Assembly (NCBI GenBank): GCA_038060895.1
Contig: JBBTCT010000012.1
Span: 159,579-223,578 of the forward strand
Direction: 5' to 3'
Source: Planctomycetota bacterium
GTDB lineage: Bacteria > Planctomycetota > MHYJ01 > WSZJ01
DNA: 64,000 nt
A program made the translations under genes and the position numbers. Of this stretch, positions 30,634-39,764 are shown one piece after another (position 1 is the stretch's first letter; the number at the start of each line of letters is the position of its first letter). The notes under the pieces were generated by a model. The model searched no databases. It saw nothing but the letters and a program-made list of their open reading frames with translations, and was not told the origin of the DNA.

Positions 30634-31116
30634 TCACGGCAAATTCTCCCGGGAGTGCAGGTCGGCGTCGAATTCGTCGCCGCCTTGAGCGTTGTCAGCG
30701 CCGAAGGAAACGACGTCGAAGTCCTGAGGGTTGTTCGAAGGAATGACGAGCATGTAGTCACCACCCCAGGGGTCTTTCGGCAACTTCTCGAGGTATCCGC
30801 CCCCGGGCCAGTACTTCGCATGCGACGGCCGCGTGACCAGGTCTGCCATCGCGTCCGGCCAGCGGTTCTGGTCCATCCTGAAGAGCTTTACCTGATCTGC
30901 GATGTGCTTGATGTCGCCTCTCGCGCGCGTCACTTTGGCCTTGTCGTTTCTTTGGACCGGAACGGGAGTCGTCGCGGCGAGAAACACCAGGCCAAGGATC
31001 AATGGTGCGGAGAGCCCGATCCCGAAGCGCCACGAGAAGACACTCCGTACCCACTCTCCCACAATGGAAAGGAAGGAAGGGCGCGGCGGTGGTCCCTTCC
31101 AGGCTTCAGCGTCCAT
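30634..31116 (-). CDS. GspG paralog lacking the prepilin peptidase/N-methylation motif
   Basis: 55/63 aa identical to GspG over KAKVTR...PWGGDY; different N-terminus with TM; GAGGAGG RBS. Confidence 0.8.
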   Translation of the reverse strand: MDAEAWKGPPPRPSFLSIVGEWVRSVFSWRFGIGLSAPLILGLVFLAATTPVPVQRNDKAKVTRARGDIKHIADQVKLFRMDQNRWPDAMADLVTRPSHAKYWPGGGYLEKLPKDPWGGDYMLVIPSNNPQDFDVVSFGADNAQGGDEFDADLHSRENLP

Positions 31117-31194
31117 GGGCAGCCCTCCTCAAACTCCGTGAATTCAACGACCTCCACATGAATCTGTTGGAAACTTGAAGCTCTGTTCCAGGCG

Positions 31195-31360
31195 CATCAG
31201 CGCGTATCTGCGGAGATCGCGTTTTATCTGCGCGACAGTCTTTGTCGAGTTCAAACGCGGTGTTTGACGGAAGGCGCGCCTGTCGGCGACAGCCCGGCGT
31301 GCGAGTACAAGGAAATTCGTCGCGCAGACAAAACGCGCTGAGCGCAGACAGGCGCAGATT
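31195..31360. repeat. Palindromic ATC(C/T)GCG-periodic element, divergent copy 3
   Basis: 31218-31236 vs 31319-31337 19-bp IR with 1 mismatch; same periodic motif as 12745/20872. Confidence 0.65.
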
Positions 31361-31414
31361 CCTTCCGTTGCCAGGCTGACGACCGCGGGGGTCGCGCTGA
31401 CCGGAAATCAGCCC

Positions 31415-32641
31415 TTACATGTTTGAAAGATCCAGGATCGGCAGCAGCACGCTCATCACGATGAACCCGACGACGACCGCCATGACGACGATCATGATCG
31501 GCTCGATCAGGCTCGTGACTTTCTGCGTCGTGAGCTCGATTTCCTCATCGAAGGACTGCGCCACCTTGCGCAGCATCTGGTCGAGCTGCCCTGACTCTTC
31601 GCCGATCGCGACCATGTAGCAGACGGTGGGCGGGAAGAGTTTCGACTGTTTGAGCGGCTGGCTGATGTCGGAGCCTTCCATGACGCGGGAGCGCACTTTC
31701 GCGACGACTTCGGCCAGGACGACGTTGCCCATGATGCGCTCGGTGATCGAGAGGGCTTCCATGACGGGCAGGCCGGACTCGAGCAGGGTTGCGAGGGTTG
31801 ATGCGAAGCGCGAGATGGCGGCCTTGCGGAAGAGTTCGCCGAGGGCGGGGACCCTGAGGATGAAGCCGTCCCACGCGCGGCGGCCTTTGGGCGTGTTGGT
31901 GAAGATCTTGAAGACGATCCAGGCGGCGATGACGCCGCCGAGGAGGAAGGGCCAGTATCCGCGGAGGATATTGGTGATGGTGACAAGAATGACCGTCGGC
32001 AGCGGCATTGCGATCTTCTGTTTCTCGAGGACGTCCAGGATGCGCGGGACGACGAACCCGAGGAGGAAGGTCACGACGCCGACGCCGACGACCATCATGA
32101 CCATGGGGTAGGTCATGGCGGCCATGATCTTGCCGGCGAGGCGGTTCTGCTGGTGCATGTAGTCGGCGAGGCGGAGGAGGATGGCATCGAGGGAGCCGGA
32201 TGCCTCGCCGGAGCGGACCATGTTGACGTAGAGGTCGCCGAAGTACGCGGGGTGGTTGGCGAGGGCGTCGCCGAAGGTCGAGCCCTGGCCGATGCGTTCG
32301 CGGACGTCGCGCATGACGGCGTTGATCTTGTTGTTGTCAGCCTGCTCGATGATGGCCTTCATCGCCTCGTTGAGCGGCGTGCCGGCGCCCAGAAGAGTGG
32401 CGAGCTGGCGGGTGACGAGCGCGATTTCAACCGGGCTCTTGCGCTGCGCGAACTTCGGCAGGAACGCCATGCGCTTCTTCTGCGCTTCCGCCTTCATCCC
32501 CTGCACGACCGCGTCGAGCTGCGTGACGTGCAGGTTTTGCATGCGCAGCTTGGATCGCGCTTCGCGCGGAGAATCCGCGTCAATGACGCCCGCGGCGGCG
32601 GCGCCGCTTTCTTTGAACGCTTTGTAGCTGAAGACGGGCAT
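31415..32641 (-). CDS. gspF: T2SS inner membrane platform protein GspF
   Basis: MPVFSYKA, TRQLATLLGAG, GEASGSL, AMTYP, GEESGQL, EPIMI. Confidence 0.95.
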   Translation of the reverse strand: MPVFSYKAFKESGAAAAGVIDADSPREARSKLRMQNLHVTQLDAVVQGMKAEAQKKRMAFLPKFAQRKSPVEIALVTRQLATLLGAGTPLNEAMKAIIEQADNNKINAVMRDVRERIGQGSTFGDALANHPAYFGDLYVNMVRSGEASGSLDAILLRLADYMHQQNRLAGKIMAAMTYPMVMMVVGVGVVTFLLGFVVPRILDVLEKQKIAMPLPTVILVTITNILRGYWPFLLGGVIAAWIVFKIFTNTPKGRRAWDGFILRVPALGELFRKAAISRFASTLATLLESGLPVMEALSITERIMGNVVLAEVVAKVRSRVMEGSDISQPLKQSKLFPPTVCYMVAIGEESGQLDQMLRKVAQSFDEEIELTTQKVTSLIEPIMIVVMAVVVGFIVMSVLLPILDLSNM

Positions 32642-32690
32642 GAGTTGTGGGAGAGGGTTGGCCTTTTGGTTCGGAGGCGGCGGCAAGACC

Positions 32691-32775
32691 GGGGTCTAAG
32701 GTCGAAAGTCGAAGGTCAAGGACGGGCGTTCTTGCAGCCTTAACCTTCGACTTTCAACCTTCGACCTTCGACCCC
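32691..32775. repeat. Heptamer (AGGTCGA-like) inverted-repeat tract
   Basis: AAGGTCGAAAGTCGAAGGTCAAGG vs CCTTCGACTTTCAACCTTCGACC; the same 18-mer occurs at 3178-3195. Confidence 0.75.
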
Positions 32776-32778
32776 GTG

Positions 32779-34485
32779 TTAAATCACATCCATCTGCGTC
32801 ACGCGGATGACCTCTTCAATCGTCGTCCGCCCCTGCAGCACCTTCAACGCGCCGTCCATGCGGAGCGTGCGCAGGCCCTGCTTCACGGCTTCCTGCTTGA
32901 TCACGGTGGAACTGACCTTCGAGACGATCTGGTCGCGGAGGAGGTCGCTGACGGGGAGGATTTCGTAGATGCCGGTGCGGTCGTGATACCCGGTGCCCAG
33001 GCAGCGGTCGCAACCGCGGCCTTTCCAGAGACTCATCGTCGGGCACTGCTCGGGCGTGAGGCCGATCGAGCGCAGGTCCTCCGGCGTGACGACCTGCGGC
33101 TCGCGGCAGCCGGGGCAGATCAGGCGGACGAGGCGCTGGGCGATAACGCCGATCAGCGAGGATGCCACGAGGAAGGGCTCGACGCCCAGGTCGAGGAGGC
33201 GGGTGATCGCGCCGGGCGCGTCGTTGGTGTGCAGTGTTGAGAACACAAGGTGGCCCGTCAGCGACGACTGGATCGCGATGTCCGCCGTCTCGCCGTCTCG
33301 AATTTCCCCGACCATGATGATGTTGGGGTCCTGTCGCACGATCGAACGCAAGCCGGTCGCGAACGTCAGCCCCTTCTTCGTTGAAACCTCGATCTGGCTG
33401 ATCCCCTGGATGTGGTACTCGACCGGGTCCTCGATCGTGATCACGTTCTTCGCCGTCGAGTTGATCGTCTTCAACGCCGAATACAGCGTCGTCGATTTGC
33501 CCGATCCCGTCGGCCCCGTGACCAGAAGCACCCCGTGCGAACATTTCACGAGCTTCGACATCGTCCCGAACTGGTAGTCGTCCAGGCCGAGGTCGTGAAG
33601 GTCCAGCAGGCGCGCGCTCTTGTCCAGCAACCGCATCACGATGCGCTCGCCGTTCGACGTCGGCACGCTCGAGATACGTACGTCCACGTCGTTGTCGCCC
33701 ACCTTGATCGTCGCGCGGCCATCCTGCGGAAGCCGCCGCTCGGCGATGTCCATCTTGCCCATGATCTTGATGCGGCTGATGATCGCTTCCTGGATCTTCT
33801 TCGGCGGCGTCATCATGTCGTACAGGATGCCGTCGATCCGGTACCGCACCTGCAGCTTCTCTTCGTACGGCTGGATGTGAATGTCGCTGGCGCGCATCTT
33901 CAGCGCCTGGAACATCACCATGTTCACCAGCTTGATGATCGGCGCCTTGTTCGCCATGTCGAGGAGGTCGTGCCCCTCCTCCAGCTCGCGCGCGATCCCC
34001 GCCATCTCCCCTTCTTCAAGGTCCTCCAGCATCTCGTCCACGACGTCCATCTTCTTCTGGTACGCCTTGTTGATCAGCGCGGTGATCTCGCTCTTCGGCG
34101 ACAGCACGATCGTCACCGTCTTCCCCGTCATCAGCGCCAGCTCGTCCAGCGGATGGAAATCAAACGGGTTGCACGTCGCCACCTGCACCGACCCGTTCTC
34201 CTCCCCCACCCCCGCAAGATTGTGGCTCCGCGCGAACTGCACCGGCACCGCCTCCACAAACGCCACCGGCACCGTCGCGTCCGTCAGCCGGTCCATGAGC
34301 GGCACCAGAAGCGCCTTCGAAAACGCCCGCAGCATCTGCTTCTCATTCATGAAGCCGCGCGTCAGCAGCACCCGGTCGATCGGCTCGCGCGACTCCGCGG
34401 AAACGGCGAACGCCTCGTCGACTTTGTTGTCGGGGAGTCCGCCGTCCTCGGTGAGGGCCTTCCTGAAGCGCTCGAGCAGCAGCAT
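32779..34485 (-). CDS. gspE: T2SS ATPase GspE
   Basis: ASDIH, DIAERRLPQDG, GPTGSGKSTT, TIEDPVE, RQDPN, GHLVFSTLHTND, CxxC...CxxC. Confidence 0.96.
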   Translation of the reverse strand: MLLLERFRKALTEDGGLPDNKVDEAFAVSAESREPIDRVLLTRGFMNEKQMLRAFSKALLVPLMDRLTDATVPVAFVEAVPVQFARSHNLAGVGEENGSVQVATCNPFDFHPLDELALMTGKTVTIVLSPKSEITALINKAYQKKMDVVDEMLEDLEEGEMAGIARELEEGHDLLDMANKAPIIKLVNMVMFQALKMRASDIHIQPYEEKLQVRYRIDGILYDMMTPPKKIQEAIISRIKIMGKMDIAERRLPQDGRATIKVGDNDVDVRISSVPTSNGERIVMRLLDKSARLLDLHDLGLDDYQFGTMSKLVKCSHGVLLVTGPTGSGKSTTLYSALKTINSTAKNVITIEDPVEYHIQGISQIEVSTKKGLTFATGLRSIVRQDPNIIMVGEIRDGETADIAIQSSLTGHLVFSTLHTNDAPGAITRLLDLGVEPFLVASSLIGVIAQRLVRLICPGCREPQVVTPEDLRSIGLTPEQCPTMSLWKGRGCDRCLGTGYHDRTGIYEILPVSDLLRDQIVSKVSSTVIKQEAVKQGLRTLRMDGALKVLQGRTTIEEVIRVTQMDVI

Positions 34486-36560
34486 TACTTTTTCTTCTTC
34501 CCGGCGCCGGACTGGAACGGGCTGTGGAATTCGAAAAGGTCGGCGGCGTTCGGCTCGTGCTCGCCGAGCTGGTGCTCGCCGACCCAGCGCTTCGAGAGGC
34601 GGAAGATCGCCTCCTGCTTGCGCAAGGTCAGGCGCTTGAAGTCGGTGAAGTCCGGGTCGTTGAGGATGATGGGCGTGATGAACAGGTAGAGAGTGACCTT
34701 GGTTCCGTCCTTGACCGTGCGCTGGAACAGATTTCCAAGGATCGGGATGTCCTGGAGCACGGGGATCCCGGTCACGGTTTCGCGGAGCTGGTCGCTCACG
34801 AGCCCGCCGATGACGACGGTGTAGGTATTGGGAAGAGTGACCTTCGTGATGACGGAGCGGTTCGTGATCGGCGGCGGGACGGTCGAGTCGGCCGTCGGCC
34901 TCGCCTGGAACTGCGACACCGTCAGGTCCACCTCGAGCTGCAGGTAGTTGTCCGCGGAGATGTGCGGCGTGATCTTGAGCGTGATGCCGGCCGACGTCGT
35001 CGTGCCGCTTCCCGCCGTCACGACCCCGGTCGTCGTCGTCGTGGTCACGGTCGTGACGATTTCCGTCAGCGTCAGCGTCGCGGCCTCGTTGTCGTTCGTT
35101 GTGACCTGGGGAAGCGAGAGGACGTTGATCTTGCGTTTTTCGCTCATGGCGTGAAGCAGGACGGGCAGCTTGCCCGCGGCGCCGCGGAAGAGGCCGCCGG
35201 TAAAGCCGGAGAGCGCCGTGTTTGGGATCTTGATGTCCGGGATGGAATCGCCATCGGTGTCGGAGAGCGTGCTGAGCCCGAAGTTCGCGCCGCCGAAGCC
35301 GCGCGTCCTGCCATCGGCGGGATTCGCGGCGGCTGCGAGCTCGACGCCGAGGTCGAACGAGTCGTTGTCGTTGACTTCAAAAATGGCCGCTTCAATGACG
35401 ACCTGCGGGCGGCGCTTGTCGAGCTCGGCGATGAAAGCCTCCATGGCGTCCCACACGTCCGGCGTGGCGACCACGAGGAGCGCGTTGTTCTGGAGGTCCG
35501 CGGTGATCGAGACCTGGACTTGCTGGTTCGCCGGGACCTGGTTCGGCACTGCACCGTCCGCGCCACGCGCTGGCTGGTTCGCGCCGGCACGGGGCTGCGT
35601 GCCGCCGCTCGTTCCGCCGCCGAAAATCGACTGCAACACGGTCGCCAGCGTCTCCGCCCTCGCATGCTTCAACCGGTACACGTGCAGATTCGTCGGCGAG
35701 CGGTCGGGCCGGATGTCGAGCTTGAGGATCATGTCCTTGATCTGCGTCATGCGGTCCGGAAGGGCCAGGACGATCAGCGAGTTCGTGCGGAAATCGGAGC
35801 CGATCGACACCTGCTCCTGCTGCGGCACCGGCACGCCCGGGCGTGGCGGCTGCGCGCGCTGCAGGGTCTGGACGAGCTGGTTCAGCTTCGGCTCCAGCTC
35901 GGTTGCGCTCGCGAACTTCAGCGCCAGCACTTCCAGCAGCACGTCCGGCTGCTTCCGGTCGATCATCGCGATGATCCCCTGGATGCGTTTCACGTTCAGC
36001 GCGTAATCCGTGATGATGATCGCGTTGAGCGTTTCGCTCGCGAGCACGTTGCGAGGGTCGGACAGCAGGGCCTGCGCCGGCGCGAGAATGTCGCGCGCGC
36101 TGGCGTACTTGAGCGCGATCACGGCCGTCACCATCTGGTCCCGCGCGAGCAGCTTTTCCGCGGCGTCGTTCAGCACGACCGCCAGCGGCTGCTTCGAGCT
36201 TTCTTCGCGCTTCACGATCGTAATGACCTCGATCGTCGGCTTCCCGGCCTCCACCTCGAGGAACTTCGGCACCAGCGCGAGCTGCATGCCCGCCATCACG
36301 GACTCAAAGAGCGCGTAAACGCCGCCCTCCGAGACCTGCATCGGCCGCGACAGGTTCACCGGCGGCTTCGCCTTCAACGCTTCCTTGTCGTAGATGAACG
36401 CCTTCCCCGTGAGATTCGACACCATCACGATCAGGTTTTCGACCGTGACGCCGTTCCAGTCCACGTCGACCATCGGCTCGGGCTTGGGCGGTTCGGGCGC
36501 CTGCGCGAACGAGGCGGAAGCGGCGGCGAGGATCAGGAAGGTCGGGAGGGCACGGCGCAT
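34485..36560 (-). CDS. gspD: T2SS secretin GspD
   Basis: Signal peptide, N0 plus three N domains, LDKRRPQVVIEAAI, GITLKITPHI, GIPVLQDIPILGNLF. Confidence 0.93.
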   Translation of the reverse strand: MRRALPTFLILAAASASFAQAPEPPKPEPMVDVDWNGVTVENLIVMVSNLTGKAFIYDKEALKAKPPVNLSRPMQVSEGGVYALFESVMAGMQLALVPKFLEVEAGKPTIEVITIVKREESSKQPLAVVLNDAAEKLLARDQMVTAVIALKYASARDILAPAQALLSDPRNVLASETLNAIIITDYALNVKRIQGIIAMIDRKQPDVLLEVLALKFASATELEPKLNQLVQTLQRAQPPRPGVPVPQQEQVSIGSDFRTNSLIVLALPDRMTQIKDMILKLDIRPDRSPTNLHVYRLKHARAETLATVLQSIFGGGTSGGTQPRAGANQPARGADGAVPNQVPANQQVQVSITADLQNNALLVVATPDVWDAMEAFIAELDKRRPQVVIEAAIFEVNDNDSFDLGVELAAAANPADGRTRGFGGANFGLSTLSDTDGDSIPDIKIPNTALSGFTGGLFRGAAGKLPVLLHAMSEKRKINVLSLPQVTTNDNEAATLTLTEIVTTVTTTTTTGVVTAGSGTTTSAGITLKITPHISADNYLQLEVDLTVSQFQARPTADSTVPPPITNRSVITKVTLPNTYTVVIGGLVSDQLRETVTGIPVLQDIPILGNLFQRTVKDGTKVTLYLFITPIILNDPDFTDFKRLTLRKQEAIFRLSKRWVGEHQLGEHEPNAADLFEFHSPFQSGAGKKKK

Positions 36561-36596
36561 GTTTGGCTCCGTCGGGTTGTGCGGCTTGGGTTGGTG

Positions 36597-37355
36597 TTAC
36601 TTGCCGGCCTTCGGGATCTGCACGCGGACGTTGATCGGCACCACCAGCTCGCCGTTTTCGATCACGATCTTGCGCCGCTCCTCTTCCGGAATGTCCAGCG
36701 TCCCGAAATCCAGAACGCAGCGCGTGCCGTTCACCTCGTACTCAACGATCGGCTCGCCGGTCTCCGTGTAGCCGAGGAGCTGGAAGCGAATCTCCGGGAG
36801 CGGGACGCGCGCCTGGAGGCCGGAGGAAGCCGAAGCGGCTTCCGGCATGCGCCACTGCGCCACCGTCGCGACGTCGCACGGCACGGGCGCGGCCGGGAGC
36901 GAGCCGGAATAGACCCAGGAGCGTTCCCCCGCGCGGACGGCGACGCTTCCCTGCCCGCCGAAGAGCATGACCGTGCCCTCGACGACGTCGACGGCGAGGC
37001 GCCGGCTTCGGGCGACCGGCCGCGGGTTGGCGACGGGCTTCTTGAAGAAGGGGAGCAGTTTCTGCGCGCCTCCCTTTCCAGGAACGAGCGTGATCGACTG
37101 CGTGACCTCCAGCGTCGTCGCGAAGGCGCCAAGGAGCTCGGCGACCGTCCCGCTCTTCACGAACGTCACCTTTCGGCCCTCGACCGTGCCGGGCGCGTAT
37201 TCGAACTTGTGGCCGGTCTCCTTCTCGATCCGTGCCAGCGCTTCCGCCAGCGACGCGTCGCGCAGGTCGACCCGGACGACTCCGCCCGGCTCGCCGGCGA
37301 CCATGAGGCCGCCCGTCAGCGCCACCGCGGCCACGAACCTGAGCAGTTTTTTCAT
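36597..37355 (-). CDS. Exported protein with STN/FecR_C-like domain and C-terminal half of a FecR domain
   Basis: Signal MKKLLRFVAAVAL; DASLAEALARIEKETG; LAVDVVEGTVML...VAVRAGE; TGATG coupling to the anti-sigma gene. Confidence 0.7.
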   Translation of the reverse strand: MKKLLRFVAAVALTGGLMVAGEPGGVVRVDLRDASLAEALARIEKETGHKFEYAPGTVEGRKVTFVKSGTVAELLGAFATTLEVTQSITLVPGKGGAQKLLPFFKKPVANPRPVARSRRLAVDVVEGTVMLFGGQGSVAVRAGERSWVYSGSLPAAPVPCDVATVAQWRMPEAASASSGLQARVPLPEIRFQLLGYTETGEPIVEYEVNGTRCVLDFGTLDIPEEERRKIVIENGELVVPINVRVQIPKAGK

Positions 37356-38059
37356 CAGCGGTACTCCAGGTGGAACTTCGTCCCGATGACTTCGACGGAC
37401 CCTTCGCTCTCGGCCGACTCGAAGCGCAGGCGTCCCTTGTCGCGCGGGGTCACCTCGGCCCAGAGCTCGCCGTAGACCAGCATGACGCTCGGCCCCGACA
37501 GGTCGGACCGGTTGAACATCATCTGCGACCCGTCCGCGAGCACGATCAGGTCCTTCGCGCTCGACCGGAACCAGACGCGTCCGCCGTCCGTCAGCACGCG
37601 GTCTCCCATGTGGAACTTCGTCCCCCGGGTCAGAGGCTCCCAGGTCGCGCTGTCGAAGCGCTTGATGAACGCCACGCCGCGCACGTCCTCGACCGAGAGC
37701 TGGTAGGTCGGCGCCGCGAGCCCGATCCGCCCCGTCGCAATCCCCGTCCCCAGCACCGCGATCATCACCGCCGCCGCGAGCCAGAAGCGCTTCAAGCCGG
37801 TGCTACGCGGCCTTTCGACGCGGGATTCATCCGCCGAAGCGGCCGCCATCGCCGCGACGACGCGCATCCGGCGCGTCCCGCTCGGCTCCGCGGCCACCGG
37901 CAGTTTCTCCGCGATACGCAGCGTTTTCTCGAGATGCGCCCGCTCCGCGCGGCACGCCTCGCAAGTCTTGAGGTGCTCCACCAGCGCGTCCCGGTCGGCG
38001 CCTTCCAGGTCGCCGAGGACCATCGCCGGCAGCAGCTTTTTCGTTTCAGCGCAGTTCAC
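37355..38059 (-). CDS. Anti-sigma factor: zf-HC2 + TM + N-terminal part of FecR domain
   Basis: GTG start overlapping the sigma stop; HLKTCEAC; TM; GDRVLT...GELWAEV...VIGTKF then stop. Confidence 0.85.
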   Translation of the reverse strand: MNCAETKKLLPAMVLGDLEGADRDALVEHLKTCEACRAERAHLEKTLRIAEKLPVAAEPSGTRRMRVVAAMAAASADESRVERPRSTGLKRFWLAAAVMIAVLGTGIATGRIGLAAPTYQLSVEDVRGVAFIKRFDSATWEPLTRGTKFHMGDRVLTDGGRVWFRSSAKDLIVLADGSQMMFNRSDLSGPSVMLVYGELWAEVTPRDKGRLRFESAESEGSVEVIGTKFHLEYR

Positions 38060-38658
38060 AGCGCCGCCTCCGCTTCTCCGCCCGAACCCGCCCGCACGAG
38101 CTCGCCCAGGGCCTGCATCGCTTCGTGCACCCGGAACTTCGCCGTCCCGACCGGGCAGTCCGTGATCTCCGCGATCTCCTTGTAGGACAGGCTGTGGTAA
38201 ACGCGCAGGATCAGTGCTTCCTTCTTCACGGGCGGAAGCTGCGACACGCACTCGCGCACGCGCTGCTCTTCTTCCGAAAGCTCCGCGCGGTCCTCGGGCG
38301 CAAGGCCGCCGTCCTTCAGCACGTCCTGCAGGTACAGCACCTTCCCGCCCTCTTCTCCGACCGGCGACTCCATCGACGTCATCTTCACCTTGCGCACGTG
38401 CTTGATGTGGTCGAGGCACAGGTTGCGCGCGATCGTGTAGAGCCACGTCGAAAACGCGCCCTCCGGCCGGTACGTGCGCAGGTTCTTGATCACCCGCAGA
38501 AACGTCTCCTGGAACAGGTCCTCGGCCAGCGCCCTGTCGTCCACGTACCGCACGATGAACTGGATCAGCGGCCGCTCGAAGCGCTCCACCAGCTCGCGGT
38601 AAGCGCGGTCGTCGCCGCGTTCGCAGCGCTTGAGCAGGTCGCGTTCTTCGGGGGACAT
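38056..38658 (-). CDS. ECF RNA polymerase sigma factor
   Basis: AEDLFQETFLR, FSTWLYTIARNLCLD, LSYKEIAEI...GTAKFR. Confidence 0.96.
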   Translation of the reverse strand: MSPEERDLLKRCERGDDRAYRELVERFERPLIQFIVRYVDDRALAEDLFQETFLRVIKNLRTYRPEGAFSTWLYTIARNLCLDHIKHVRKVKMTSMESPVGEEGGKVLYLQDVLKDGGLAPEDRAELSEEEQRVRECVSQLPPVKKEALILRVYHSLSYKEIAEITDCPVGTAKFRVHEAMQALGELVRAGSGGEAEAAL

Positions 38659-38754
38659 GTTTGGTCTCTGGAAGGGGGCCGAGGTTTAACGAACGGCGGC
38701 CCGGCGAGTTGGGGATTTCGGGGATTCCGTGCCGTCTTCTCCTTCTGTCAAAGG

Positions 38755-39528
38755 CTATCTCAGGTACTGGGGAAATGGGCTTCGGAAGAGGAGTACTTCA
38801 CACCAGTGGGGTTTGTGTTCGGCGCGAAGATGACTGCCCATAAAGCACCGGTTGCAGAGTCTGAACGGTTGTCGAAGGTCCTGAGCAAGCAGGTTTTCCC
38901 AGAACAGGTGGTTTTCCAAAGCTGACAAGTCGGAATCTTCAGAGGCACCGGTGGGCAAGTCGAGTTCCCTTGCCTGACGAATGAGTGCTCGTCGCACCAT
39001 GTTTGCCGGTAGTTCAGGACCCGAAATCATGAGGTAAGGAATATTCTGGCTGAAGGGCTTCACCTCCCAGGGAAACACCTCTCGATCACGGTTCGACACT
39101 CGCCGGGGGACCAACCAGGTAATTTCTTGAATGGTAGTTTCCGAGGTGTCGCGCGAGGTCGTCACGCACGCAATCCGATTTCCGGCCAGCACAGATTCGA
39201 AGATCGCGAAAAGTCCCTCAACTGACATCTCGCAAATTCGAGGGAAGCTGACGAGCGTCTTCCCTTCGAGCAATCGACGATCAATGACAAACACTCTTCC
39301 CGTTGTGATGGCGACGCCACGAATCAGTTCCTCAAGTGACAGTCCTTCCCAATCGAGCCTCACGTTGCCACCTGGCAGGGCCGTCACAATCTTCGGTGAA
39401 ACCGGCCGGGATACAGGCCGGTTACCGACGAGGGGGGTTTCGGTAGAGGCAGGCTGCGGTCCGGGGTCTGTGCCGTGGCATGCGCAGCCTGCGAAGAGCG
39501 CGAGCACTGGAAGGAACAATCGTCTCAT
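38755..39528 (-). CDS. Lipoprotein carrying only a GspD N0-like domain
   Basis: Lipobox FAGC; LDWEGLSLEELI...TGRVFV...GLFAIFESVLAG aligns with the N0 of the neighbouring GspD. Confidence 0.6.
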   Translation of the reverse strand: MRRLFLPVLALFAGCACHGTDPGPQPASTETPLVGNRPVSRPVSPKIVTALPGGNVRLDWEGLSLEELIRGVAITTGRVFVIDRRLLEGKTLVSFPRICEMSVEGLFAIFESVLAGNRIACVTTSRDTSETTIQEITWLVPRRVSNRDREVFPWEVKPFSQNIPYLMISGPELPANMVRRALIRQARELDLPTGASEDSDLSALENHLFWENLLAQDLRQPFRLCNRCFMGSHLRAEHKPHWCEVLLFRSPFPQYLR

Positions 39529-39699
39529 TGCGTGTTCCCGTTTCATGGCACGAGGTGCAAAGGGTACTTGTGCAACGACGGGACGGAATCGAAGTTGGCT
39601 ACAGGCGATGCGGGAAGTCGCCTTGTGTTCAGGACTTCTTGCGTGACAACTAAAATTGCATGGCCTGCACTGACATGGATCTTCAAGACCGCGATGGCC

Positions 39700-39738
39700 A
39701 ACAAAAGACGCGGCCGGCCTTGCTTCCAAGGCCGGCCA
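39700..39738 (-). terminator. Probable terminator
   Basis: GGCCGGCCTTG/CAAGGCCGGCC stem followed on the minus strand by TCTTTTGTT. Confidence 0.6.
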
Positions 39739-39764
39739 CGATTCGAGACACACTTCGGCAAAGC

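Noticed and set aside
29952-31116. gspG pair as a diversity-generating retroelement TR/VR
   Set aside because: Differences are mostly synonymous and not adenine-specific; no reverse transcriptase in the window
37355-37357. Selenocysteine read-through at the anti-sigma TGA
   Set aside because: A second TGA follows immediately and the next gene is in another frame
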